64,000 bases of DNA from Nitrospirota bacterium. GTDB lineage: Bacteria; Nitrospirota; UBA9217. Shown here piece by piece: positions 11,149 to 19,656 of this stretch; the first letter of the stretch is position 1; each line of letters begins with the position of its first letter. The DNA lies in NCBI GenBank assembly GCA_963737155.1, contig CAVTRN010000001.1, positions 896,001 through 960,000 on the forward strand, given 5' to 3'. A program made the translations under genes and the position numbers. The notes beneath the pieces were generated by a model. The model ran no database searches. It was not told the DNA's origin and worked only from the letters and a program-made list of their open reading frames with translations.

Positions 11149-12177
11149 ATGAAACCGAAAGAGGTATTGTTCAAGGCATTCGAGGGAGGTAAGACGGACA
11201 GGCTTCCTGTGACGCTTTTCGGCGCAGGTATGTGGAGCATCAAAGGCTGGGGCACATCGTTTGAGGCCCTCGCGCGCGACGCGGATACAATGACTGCGGT
11301 ACTGGTCGATATGAGCGCCAAACTACAGTGTGACGCAGTTTACGCCGGCTCGGGTTACAATAATTTTCATATCTCGGCGCTCGGCGGCAAGATAAAATTC
11401 CGGGAAATGGGCGCTCCTGATCTGGAAAATCACTTTGTGAATACCGAGGACGATCTCGCGAAGTTGGACTTGAGAGAACTTGATAAGGACGAAACGATTA
11501 ACACCGTTAAGAAAGCGCTGCGCCAGACTAAGGCAAAAATCGGTGATACCTATGCGGTGACCATGACGGCCTGGGGCCCCTTTACACTCGGGGCGAGGCT
11601 GGTCGGTGAAGAGACGATGATGAAAGCCACTTTTAAAAAGCCCGCTTTTGTCGAGAAGGTCGTGAATTTTGCTACGGATGTCCTGATTCATTTGTATGAA
11701 CCTCTTGTGGCCGATAAAACGCTCGAATTAATCAGTCTTGCCGACCCGACCGCGTCAGGCGACCTTATTTCCAAAAAACAGTTTGAGAAGTTCGCCGTTC
11801 CTTATCTCAAGAAATTCACCGACTGGGCAAAGTCGAAGGGCGTCCACACACTCGTTCACATTTGCGGTAACACCACGGATCGCTTGGACTTGTTCCCGCC
11901 AACGGGCGCAAGCTGCATTAGTCTGGATCACAAAACAGACATGGTAAAAGCGAAGGAAGCACTTCACGGTAAGATGTGCTTTGGCGGGAACGTTGATCCG
12001 GTTAAGATCATGCTGAACGGCTCCGTTCAGGACGTGGAAAATGCGTGCAAAGATGTGATCAAGGCAGCTGGCACAGATGGAGGTTTCGTGCTCATGCCGG
12101 GATGTGACATTCCACCGACCATTCCCTATGCAAATATCCAGAAGTTCATCCAGGTGGCGCATGAGTGGAAAGCGTAA
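11149..12177 (+). CDS. MtaA/CmuA-family (UroD-fold) corrinoid:thiol methyltransferase, copy 1
   Basis: 'WGPFTLGARLVG', 'ADPTASGDLIS', Zn ligands HICG and PGCD, 'GNVDP'; SD AAGGGAG before ATG 11149. Confidence 0.85.
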   Translation: MKPKEVLFKAFEGGKTDRLPVTLFGAGMWSIKGWGTSFEALARDADTMTAVLVDMSAKLQCDAVYAGSGYNNFHISALGGKIKFREMGAPDLENHFVNTEDDLAKLDLRELDKDETINTVKKALRQTKAKIGDTYAVTMTAWGPFTLGARLVGEETMMKATFKKPAFVEKVVNFATDVLIHLYEPLVADKTLELISLADPTASGDLISKKQFEKFAVPYLKKFTDWAKSKGVHTLVHICGNTTDRLDLFPPTGASCISLDHKTDMVKAKEALHGKMCFGGNVDPVKIMLNGSVQDVENACKDVIKAAGTDGGFVLMPGCDIPPTIPYANIQKFIQVAHEWKA

Positions 12178-12308
12178 CTTAAACGGTGCAAAAGGAGGTG
12201 AGGCGTTCGGTTAACACAAAAGGAGGTTAGTCAATGGGGATTATTGAGGTGTTGAAAAAACTGTTTTCCCGGGCACAACGTGCAACGGGCAAAGGGGAGG
12301 TAACAAAC

Positions 12309-12752
12309 ATGGCAGACAAGAAAATGACGTTGGAAGAAGTGAACGAGTACATGAAAAAGCAGTGTGGGTTCGTGCCACGCATGTTCCAGATCATCAACAC
12401 CGTTACACCGGAACCGGGCAGGACCTTTGCCGATTTTTACGCCAGCATCTTTGGCGATGGCGCCTTGTCCCGCAAGGTGAAAGAGCTGATGTTCATGTCT
12501 GGTGGCGTTGCTTACTGCTCGCCGCGCTGCATTATCCACGTGATCCCTGCGATCAATGCTGGTGCGACCACGGGCGAAATTTTCGAGGCCGCATCGGTTG
12601 GCATGATCCTCGCCGGTTTTGTGCCAGGTGGTCCCGGGATTCCCTACGCCTTTGAATACGCGCTGAAGTGCCTCGATATAGAAGCGAAGTTCCGCAAAGG
12701 CGAGAAGTGGGAGTACCTGCCGCAGCCGAAGTTCGATCATGGTGTGTTCTAA
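12309..12752 (+). CDS. Carboxymuconolactone decarboxylase/AhpD-family protein
   Basis: 'GFVPRMF', 'DGALSRKVKELM', 'YCSPRCIIH', 'AINAGATTGEIFEA'; SD GGGGAGG. The alternative start at 12234 also has an SD. Confidence 0.82.
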   Translation: MADKKMTLEEVNEYMKKQCGFVPRMFQIINTVTPEPGRTFADFYASIFGDGALSRKVKELMFMSGGVAYCSPRCIIHVIPAINAGATTGEIFEAASVGMILAGFVPGGPGIPYAFEYALKCLDIEAKFRKGEKWEYLPQPKFDHGVF

Positions 12753-12764
12753 CTCTATCTTTGA

Positions 12765-12796
12765 GGGGGAGCATTCTGGAAGCTCCCCCGTATTTT
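12765..12796 (+). terminator. Intra-operon hairpin (terminator or mRNA stabiliser)
   Basis: GGGGGAGC-N9-GCTCCCCC followed by GTATTTT. Confidence 0.6.
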
Positions 12797-12977
12797 GGAC
12801 TTATTATTTATCACGCACAGAAACAAATAAAAAAAGCCATTTATCGCGAAGACGCAAAGAGCTCTAAGAACTTCTGAAATAATATTTAAGAATACTGCGT
12901 GTCTTGGTAGTCCAATTCGGTTTTGACTTTATATGACATTGTCAGAACTGCACTGGTTAAAGAAAAGAGGAGCGAGC

Positions 12978-13925
12978 ATGTTCCGATTAAGCAAAGAACA
13001 AAAAGTATTCACCATGGCTGGCATAAGGGTCGGTGGACAGCCGGCCGAAAACCCCCCTCTCCTGATCGCCTCGATGTTCCATAACAAGGATCGCATCGTG
13101 ACCGACCGGAAGGGGAACTTCGATCGCCAGAAGGCTGCGGACCTCATCAAAACGCAGGAGCAGCTTTCGGCTTCCACCGGCATTCCGTCCATGGTTGCCA
13201 TGGTGGCGAACACGCCAGAGGAAGCGAAGATTTACATCGATTTTTACCGCGAAACGACAGCCATGCCTTTTGGCATCGACATGTGGGTCGCGGAAAAAAG
13301 GGCACAGGCCACCGAATACGTGGCTAAGCTCGGTCTTCAGGACAAGTTTCTCTACAACAGCATTACTCCCTGGGACAAGGACATCAAGGGCCAGGTCCAA
13401 AAGCTCAAGGATCTCGGCATCAAGCACGTTGTAGTCCAGGCATTCGATGATGCCGATCAGTCGCCCGTGGGCCGCCTCAAGTCTCTCGAGAAGATGCTTT
13501 CCCAGGGCGCAGATGGCTTCGACACCGTTATTGTCGATACGTCGGTTATGAACCTGCCGGCCACGTCGTTCTCCCTCGTTGCAAACCGCATGATCAAGGA
13601 GAAGTTCGGCCTTCCCTGCGGCGGCGCCTATTCCAACGGTACGCACATGTGGAAGGAAGCGAAGACCCTGTGGAGTCTCGATGGATTCAAGGCCATGGAC
13701 GCCGTTATTCAGGGAATGGCTTCGGTGATGTGGAGCGACTTCAACTTCTACGGCCCCATCGTCACGGCGCCGCGTATCTTCCCTGCCGTGGCCGCAGCGC
13801 ATATTCTGCTGAGCACACTGGTCTACGATGAAACGCAGAAATTTTCGGACACGGCAAATTTACCGATTAAACAATATTTCGGCGATTTTATCAGTAAGCT
13901 GACGACAGGGGGCACGAGGAAATAA
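12978..13925 (+). CDS. mtrH: MtrH/CmuB-family methyl-pterin:corrinoid methyltransferase
   Basis: N-terminus 'MFRLSKEQKVFTMAGIRVGGQPAENPPLLIASMFH..IVTDRKGNFDRQKA' typical of MtrH; 'LYNSI', 'IKEKFGLPCG', 'FYGPI'. No other mtr subunits are present. Confidence 0.88.
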   Translation: MFRLSKEQKVFTMAGIRVGGQPAENPPLLIASMFHNKDRIVTDRKGNFDRQKAADLIKTQEQLSASTGIPSMVAMVANTPEEAKIYIDFYRETTAMPFGIDMWVAEKRAQATEYVAKLGLQDKFLYNSITPWDKDIKGQVQKLKDLGIKHVVVQAFDDADQSPVGRLKSLEKMLSQGADGFDTVIVDTSVMNLPATSFSLVANRMIKEKFGLPCGGAYSNGTHMWKEAKTLWSLDGFKAMDAVIQGMASVMWSDFNFYGPIVTAPRIFPAVAAAHILLSTLVYDETQKFSDTANLPIKQYFGDFISKLTTGGTRK

Positions 13926-14059
13926 GCGAATACAAGAAAACGGCTTTTTTCACGTACGAGCGACCGGGTGTCTAAAGAAGGAAGGCATGTTATTATGGCG
14001 GCCCGGGATGCTCCTAGCGCGTTGGACTTGAATTTGATTGATGTTTTTAAGGAGGATAC

Positions 14060-15091
14060 ATGACAACGAGTATGACTGCACGAGAACGGGTTCTGAAGCT
14101 CTTTGCCGGCGAAGACGTTGACCGGCCGCCGTGCTTCAGTGGCATGGGAAACGTGACCACCGAGGGCCTGAAAGCGCTGAATCAGAAATTTGCGGCCACG
14201 CATCTGGACGCCAAGATGATGGCTGCCGCGGCAGCCTCGACCTATCGGCTCTTCGGGTTCGAGTGCGGCGTGGCCCCCTTTGACCTCTGCATCGAGGCCG
14301 AGGCCCTTGGCTGCGAGATAAATGTGTACGCTCATTCCGAGGACCTGCTGTATCCCACGATCAAGAAAAAGCTGATCCACAACGAGGCCGAGATGGAGAT
14401 TGCCATCCCTTCAAACCTTACCGGGCGCGGAAGGGTGCCGCTCATGCTTGATGTGATCGGGCTCATGAAGAAGGACATCGGCAGCGAGGCCGCAGTCGGG
14501 TCCTACGTACTCGGCCCCTTTACCCTGGCAGGCCAGGTCATGGAGCTGAATGATCTTCTGAAGCTCTCCTTCAAGAAGCCGGACAAGATTGGCAGGCTGC
14601 TCGACCAGCTTTCGGATGTGATTATCCAGGTCGCAGGACAGTACGAAAAGGCAGGCGTCGACTATATCACGGTGCGGGAGATGGGCGCGACTTCTGATGT
14701 TCTCTCCCCGCGGGTGTTCAAGAGCCTGATTCTTCCCTATCTCAGGAAGATTTTCGAGAAAATAACTGTCCCGAGCGTGCTCCATATCTGCGGCAAGACG
14801 AACGACATCGTTCCTTTCATGGCCGAAAGCGGAGCAAAAGCAATCAGCGTGGACCAGAAGAACGACGTGGCTGAGACAAGGAAGAAGCTCGGCCCCAGAG
14901 CGCTCGTGTTCGGCAATTACGACCCCTACAATGTGCTGGTCGCGGGAACGCCTGAGCTGGTGCGTCAGACCATGAGGAAATGCATGGACGACGGCGTAAG
15001 CGCGGTATGGCCCGGTTGCGATATCTGGCCCACGGTCCCGGCGGAAAATTTCAAGATAATGATGGACGAAGTCAGAAATTACAGGAGGTAA
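14060..15091 (+). CDS. MtaA/CmuA-family (UroD-fold) methyltransferase, copy 2
   Basis: 'MTARERVLKLFAGEDVDRPP', 'PFDLCIEAEALGC', 'GRGRVP', 'GPFTLAG', LHICG and WPGCD; strong SD AAGGAGG. Confidence 0.88.
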   Translation: MTTSMTARERVLKLFAGEDVDRPPCFSGMGNVTTEGLKALNQKFAATHLDAKMMAAAAASTYRLFGFECGVAPFDLCIEAEALGCEINVYAHSEDLLYPTIKKKLIHNEAEMEIAIPSNLTGRGRVPLMLDVIGLMKKDIGSEAAVGSYVLGPFTLAGQVMELNDLLKLSFKKPDKIGRLLDQLSDVIIQVAGQYEKAGVDYITVREMGATSDVLSPRVFKSLILPYLRKIFEKITVPSVLHICGKTNDIVPFMAESGAKAISVDQKNDVAETRKKLGPRALVFGNYDPYNVLVAGTPELVRQTMRKCMDDGVSAVWPGCDIWPTVPAENFKIMMDEVRNYRR

Positions 15092-15095
15092 TACC

Positions 15096-15788
15096 ATGGC
15101 AACGGAAGAGAAAAAGAAAGAACTCTTGGAAAAGCTCCGAAACGCCGTGATCCAGTATGATGAGGACACAGCCAAAGAAGCGGCCAATGAAGCGCTCAGC
15201 ACGGGCATGAATGCAAATGACGCCATCTTTAACGGACTCGTGAGCGGGATGGTCGAGGTGGGCCGCATGTTCGAGGCACAGGAGTACTTCGTGCCGGAAC
15301 TGCTCATGTGCGCCGATGCGCTCTACGCCGGCCTCGACATCCTGAAACCCCACGTGACGCAGCTCGACCTCGGGGTCAAGGGATCGGTGGTGATCGGGAC
15401 CGTCGAAGGCGATGTGCACGATATCGGCAAGAACATTGTCAAGATGATGTTCGACGTGGCCGGCTTCACGGTTTATGACCTGGGTCGCGACGTGCCCCTT
15501 GACAAATTCGTGCAGGAGCAGCTCCGGACTGATTCAGACCTGGTCTGCCTCTCGGCCATGATGACCACAACCATGACGGGCATGAAGAAAGTGATTGACG
15601 ATCTCCGAACCAGGAACCCGAATGTCAAGATAATGATCGGCGGTGCTCCCGTGTCTCAGGACGTGGCCGATAAATACGGCGCCGATGGCTACGCAAAGGA
15701 TGCGACGAACGCGCTCAAGGACGCAATCAACATGATCAGTTCACTCAAGAAAATGAAGGACGAGGCTGAAGCACGGAAAGCGAAATGA
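15096..15788 (+). CDS. Methyltransferase cognate corrinoid (B12-binding) protein
   Basis: Cap domain 'YFVPELLMCADA'; DxHxxG motif 'GDVHDIGKNIV'; 'LSAMMTTTM', 'IGGAP', 'GADGY'. Confidence 0.95.
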   Translation: MATEEKKKELLEKLRNAVIQYDEDTAKEAANEALSTGMNANDAIFNGLVSGMVEVGRMFEAQEYFVPELLMCADALYAGLDILKPHVTQLDLGVKGSVVIGTVEGDVHDIGKNIVKMMFDVAGFTVYDLGRDVPLDKFVQEQLRTDSDLVCLSAMMTTTMTGMKKVIDDLRTRNPNVKIMIGGAPVSQDVADKYGADGYAKDATNALKDAINMISSLKKMKDEAEARKAK

Positions 15789-16477
15789 ACCGGCTAATCA
15801 GGAAAGACCTGCTCGACCACGGCGCCGCAGTCGTCGGCTTTGCCGGGCTGCGGGGATTTTTGAGCGGAGAAATCGCCCATCTGGCGACTGCCGTGTCCAT
15901 CGGTGTGGATCGGAAGCTGAACGAGGACACACTTAGCCTGCTTATGAAGCTCCAAAAACGGGCGGTGCGGTTTTTGAAGTCCCGGGGCTATCGTACTCTG
16001 GCGATCCCGCCGGACTCGGACCGGGGGAAAGGGACTTTCATTTCAAAGCTCTACTCCCTGTTCAACCATAAGATGGCTGCTACCTCCGCGGGCCTGGGGT
16101 GGATCGGGAAGAATGGCCTCCTGATCAGCACGGAGTACGGACCGCGGCTTTCGCTGGTTACGGTGCTGACCGACGCCTCGCTCGATCCGGATGTTCCCAT
16201 GGAGTACAGTCTGTGCGGCGACTGCACGCTTTGCATGCAGTACTGCCCGTCGCAGGCGATCACGGGATTGGAATGGTCCCGGTCCTCGCCCTTTGCTGAA
16301 CTGGTGAAAACGGGCGCCTGCAGGAGCCACAAGGCGGCCAAGCGGGCAACAGACGGGAAACCTAACTGCGGGCTGTGCATCAATATCTGCCCCTATGGAA
16401 GACCGGTTGAAACCGAACAGGGAGTCAAGCTTAAGAAAAAACAGGCATCCGACAAGACACACAGCGGGCAGCAGTGA
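15785..16477 (+). CDS. QueG/reductive-dehalogenase-like double [4Fe-4S] protein
   Basis: 'HKMAATSAGLGWIGKNGLLI..EYGPRL', CGDCTLCMQYCP and CGLCINICP; ATGA overlap with the corrinoid gene; short (230 aa), no TAT signal. Confidence 0.8.
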   Translation: MNRLIRKDLLDHGAAVVGFAGLRGFLSGEIAHLATAVSIGVDRKLNEDTLSLLMKLQKRAVRFLKSRGYRTLAIPPDSDRGKGTFISKLYSLFNHKMAATSAGLGWIGKNGLLISTEYGPRLSLVTVLTDASLDPDVPMEYSLCGDCTLCMQYCPSQAITGLEWSRSSPFAELVKTGACRSHKAAKRATDGKPNCGLCINICPYGRPVETEQGVKLKKKQASDKTHSGQQ

Positions 16478-16501
16478 AAGCATTTATTGGGGAGGCAGTG
16501 A

Positions 16502-18484
16502 ATGACCAGAAATTATAAAGTGATTTTCCAACCTGCGGGTAGGCGCGGCGAAATAGAAGAGGGTAGGACTATTCTGCAGGCCGCGCAATCCCTGGGCGTT
16601 GATATCGAGGCGCTCTGCGGCAACAAAAAGGTCTGTGGCAAATGCAAGGTCCGCATCGAAGAGGGTTACTTCGAGAAAGACAACATTGATTCGGGAATGG
16701 CGCATATTTTTCCCGCCGAGCCATCGGCTGATGAGCTGAAACACATTAAACCGCAGGACGGGCCAGGGATCAGGCTGGCGTGCCAGTGCGAGATCCGGGG
16801 TGACGTCAAGGTCTTTGTTCCAGAACGCTCACGGGCCGGAAAGCAGGTCGTGCGCAAGGCGGCCAAGGAGCTCACGATCGCGATCGACCCTGCGATAAGG
16901 AAATATAATGTCGACCTCAAAGCGCCGACGCTTCATGATATGACCACCGGAGATTGGGAGCGCGTGCTCACATTTCTAGAGGAGGACTACGGCCTCAAGG
17001 GGCTGACCTTCGATTATCTTGTGTTGAAGGACATCCAGGACGTCCTGCGCAAAGGCGACTGGAAGGCCACGGTTACGGTATGGATGGACAGGGAGATCAT
17101 CAAGATCGAGCCCGGCTTCGTTGAAGCGATCTACGGTCTTGCTGTCGATGTGGGTACAACGACCTGTGTCGGCTATCTCACCGACTTGACCACGGGGCAG
17201 GTGGTGAATACCGAATCGATGATGAACCCCCAGGTGCCTTACGGCGAGGACGTCATGTCGCGGATTACCTACGCCATGAGCAATCGAGACGGACTCGAGA
17301 CCATGCAGAAAGCGATTATCCAGGGCCTGAACGAGATTATCGAGCGTGTCGTTGTCGATGTTCATAAAGACGGCCCGGAACCCGGGCGGGTAATCGACGA
17401 CCTAACGATCGTTTTCAACACGGCCATGCATCATATATTCCTCGGTCTGAACCCCGAGTACATAGGGCGCTCGCCCTTCATACCCGCAGTCCAGAGTTCG
17501 CTCGACATCAAAGCGCGCGACCTCGGGCTCAGAATTAACCCTGCATCCTACATTTATGTGCTTCCCATTGAGGCGGGTTTCGTAGGTGCCGACAACGTAG
17601 GTGTGCTGATCGCCGAGGAACCCTATAATCAGGACGAGAACGTGCTGATTATAGACATCGGCACGAACGGCGAGTTGCTGCTCGGCAACCGGAACAGAGT
17701 CTGCTCCACATCTTGTGCCACTGGCCCAGCCTTCGAAGGCGCTCAGATCAAATTCGGCATGCGCGCCGCGCCGGGGGCTATCGAGACCGTTGAGATCGAT
17801 CCGCTGACTAGGGAGCCGCGCTATAAAGTGATAGGCAAGGCGGATTGGCATACCCATATTCAGCAGGTAAACGCCAAGGGCATCTGCGGGTCAGGCATCA
17901 TCCAAGTCGTGGCCGAGATGTTCAAGGCCGGCATTATCGATAAATCCGGTCGGTTCGTGATGGACCTGGGTACACCGAGGGTCAGGAAAGATGCTGAGGG
18001 CAAACCGGAATACGTGCTTGCTTGGGCTTCGGAAACCTCGATCAGCCAGGAAATAACCGTCACCCAGGGGGATGTGAGAGCGCTGCAGCTGGCGAAGGGG
18101 GCACTCTACACCGGGGCCAAACTCATGATGAAGCGGCTGGGAATCACCCAGCTCGACCGCGTCATCCTGGCCGGCGCCTTTGGTAGCCACATCGACCGGG
18201 AGGCCTCACTTACGCTTGGCATGTTCCCCGATTGCCCAATCGACAAGATATATGCCGTGGGCAACGCGGCCGGAGACGGTTCGCGTATGGCGCTACTGAA
18301 CAGGAGCAAACGGCGCGAGGCAAGCGAACGCGCGCGATGGGTTGAGTTCGTTGAGATCGCCACGGACCCGTTGTTCGAGCGGGAATTCATGATGGCTATG
18401 CATATTCCGCACATGAAGGACAAGTTCCCGAACCTGAAGGAACTGCTTGATAAGTCGAAGAGCCCCGTGGATATCAAGGCATAG
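16502..18484 (+). CDS. ATP-dependent reductive activator of corrinoid proteins (RACE/RACo, ASKHA fold)
   Basis: N-terminal 2Fe-2S motif (CGNKKVCGKC...RLAC); DVGTTT, DIGTNGE, ATGPAFEG, GICGSG, LAGAFG, GNAAG. Confidence 0.93.
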   Translation: MTRNYKVIFQPAGRRGEIEEGRTILQAAQSLGVDIEALCGNKKVCGKCKVRIEEGYFEKDNIDSGMAHIFPAEPSADELKHIKPQDGPGIRLACQCEIRGDVKVFVPERSRAGKQVVRKAAKELTIAIDPAIRKYNVDLKAPTLHDMTTGDWERVLTFLEEDYGLKGLTFDYLVLKDIQDVLRKGDWKATVTVWMDREIIKIEPGFVEAIYGLAVDVGTTTCVGYLTDLTTGQVVNTESMMNPQVPYGEDVMSRITYAMSNRDGLETMQKAIIQGLNEIIERVVVDVHKDGPEPGRVIDDLTIVFNTAMHHIFLGLNPEYIGRSPFIPAVQSSLDIKARDLGLRINPASYIYVLPIEAGFVGADNVGVLIAEEPYNQDENVLIIDIGTNGELLLGNRNRVCSTSCATGPAFEGAQIKFGMRAAPGAIETVEIDPLTREPRYKVIGKADWHTHIQQVNAKGICGSGIIQVVAEMFKAGIIDKSGRFVMDLGTPRVRKDAEGKPEYVLAWASETSISQEITVTQGDVRALQLAKGALYTGAKLMMKRLGITQLDRVILAGAFGSHIDREASLTLGMFPDCPIDKIYAVGNAAGDGSRMALLNRSKRREASERARWVEFVEIATDPLFEREFMMAMHIPHMKDKFPNLKELLDKSKSPVDIKA

Positions 18485-18514
18485 CAGCGGCAACCGGGCA
18501 GGTGAAAGGCGGCC

Positions 18515-18829
18515 ATGACAAAAGTCGTTGTACATTCGGGAGCGTGTGGTTTTATTGTTACAATACATGCGGTGAAGAGCACAGGAGGAACAATAACGCT
18601 TCGTATCGATACGGACTGCGAGATGGTAAAAAAGATGCTCGAGGACATCTCCGTTCTTGACCGGTTCGCGGCGCTCACCGCCTTCCAGCACAATCCCGTG
18701 TATCGCTCTGCAGCAAAACACCTGAAGCATGTTGCCTGCACCGCGCCAGCGGGAATCATAAAGGCGATCGAGGTCGAGGCTGCTCTAAACGTGCCAAAAG
18801 ACGCAGATATCTGCTTCGTGAAACCATAG
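18515..18829 (+). CDS. Small Cys/His protein (DUF6951-like)
   Basis: 'SGACGF', 'TDCEMV', 'HVAC..PAGIIKAIEVEA'; co-oriented within the cluster. Family assigned from recall. Confidence 0.65.
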   Translation: MTKVVVHSGACGFIVTIHAVKSTGGTITLRIDTDCEMVKKMLEDISVLDRFAALTAFQHNPVYRSAAKHLKHVACTAPAGIIKAIEVEAALNVPKDADICFVKP

Positions 18830-18960
18830 CATCTGTCCGGCGCCTGGAGCATGCAGAGGGAAAAGACAAAAACCGACCGTTCATGGGTGGCGAACGCGCC
18901 GGCTGCATGGCCACCTCGAGTACATCAGCGTGTTATACTTAGTTTACGCGTGCTGAACGG

Positions 18961-19656
18961 ATGGATGTCATGGGGAAAATACTTATCACCGCAGCGTACT
19001 TCGTATTCGCTGTGTTCTGGATACGGTTTTTTACTCACGCGTTGATATGGTGGAATGCCGCATCGCGATTCCGGGGAACCGCCGGGCAGTCGATCCGGCC
19101 CTCCATGAAAGCATACGCGCTCACGGCAATGGACATGGTCTGTTTCGGGAAACTTCTTATGGTGAACCCGGCGCTCTGGCTGGGCGAGTGGGTATTCCAT
19201 GTCTCCTTTGTCCTGGTGTTGTTGAGGCATTTGCGGTTTTTTTTAAATCCTGCTCCTGAGTGCATATGGTGGGTCCAGACACCAGGCCTGATAGCCGGCT
19301 ATATCCTGCCGGTGTCGCTAGTCTACATCATGCTCGTCCGGTTTTTTTCAGGAAGGGAACGCTATACTTCACCGGCAAATATGTTTCTCCTCGGCCTCGT
19401 GCTTGTCATTAGCTCGCTCGGCGTTGCAATGCACCTGCTGTTCAAACCGAACCTTGTGGAGGTGAAGCTGTTCGTCCTGGGCATCCTGAGCTTCAGGCCT
19501 GTTGCAGCGCCTGAGAGCTTTCTGTTCGCGATTCATTTCTGCCTGGTCCTGGTCCTGATTCCCTTTCTCCCCACTCATCTTTTCTTTGCTCCCTTCGTGA
19601 TGATGGAGGCAAGAAAGCGGGAGCAGGCATTGCGTCTGGTAATGCATGAAAAATAA
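18961..19656 (+). CDS. NarI/DsrM/HdrE-family di-haem cytochrome b membrane subunit
   Basis: About 5 TM helices; His pairs in 'WVFHVSFVLVLLRHLRFF' and 'AIHFCLVLVLIPFLPTHLF'; overlaps the hdrD start. Confidence 0.82.
   Translation: MDVMGKILITAAYFVFAVFWIRFFTHALIWWNAASRFRGTAGQSIRPSMKAYALTAMDMVCFGKLLMVNPALWLGEWVFHVSFVLVLLRHLRFFLNPAPECIWWVQTPGLIAGYILPVSLVYIMLVRFFSGRERYTSPANMFLLGLVLVISSLGVAMHLLFKPNLVEVKLFVLGILSFRPVAAPESFLFAIHFCLVLVLIPFLPTHLFFAPFVMMEARKREQALRLVMHEK

Noticed and set aside
11149-15091. Uroporphyrinogen decarboxylase (hemE) annotation for the two UroD-fold genes
   Set aside because: They lack the HemE RQAGR motif, carry HxC..C Zn ligands, and sit with corrinoid, MtrH and RACo genes.
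15785-16477. Respiratory reductive dehalogenase RdhA or true queG
   Set aside because: Only 230 aa, with no TAT signal, no rdhB anchor and no QueG-specific N-terminal motifs recognised.
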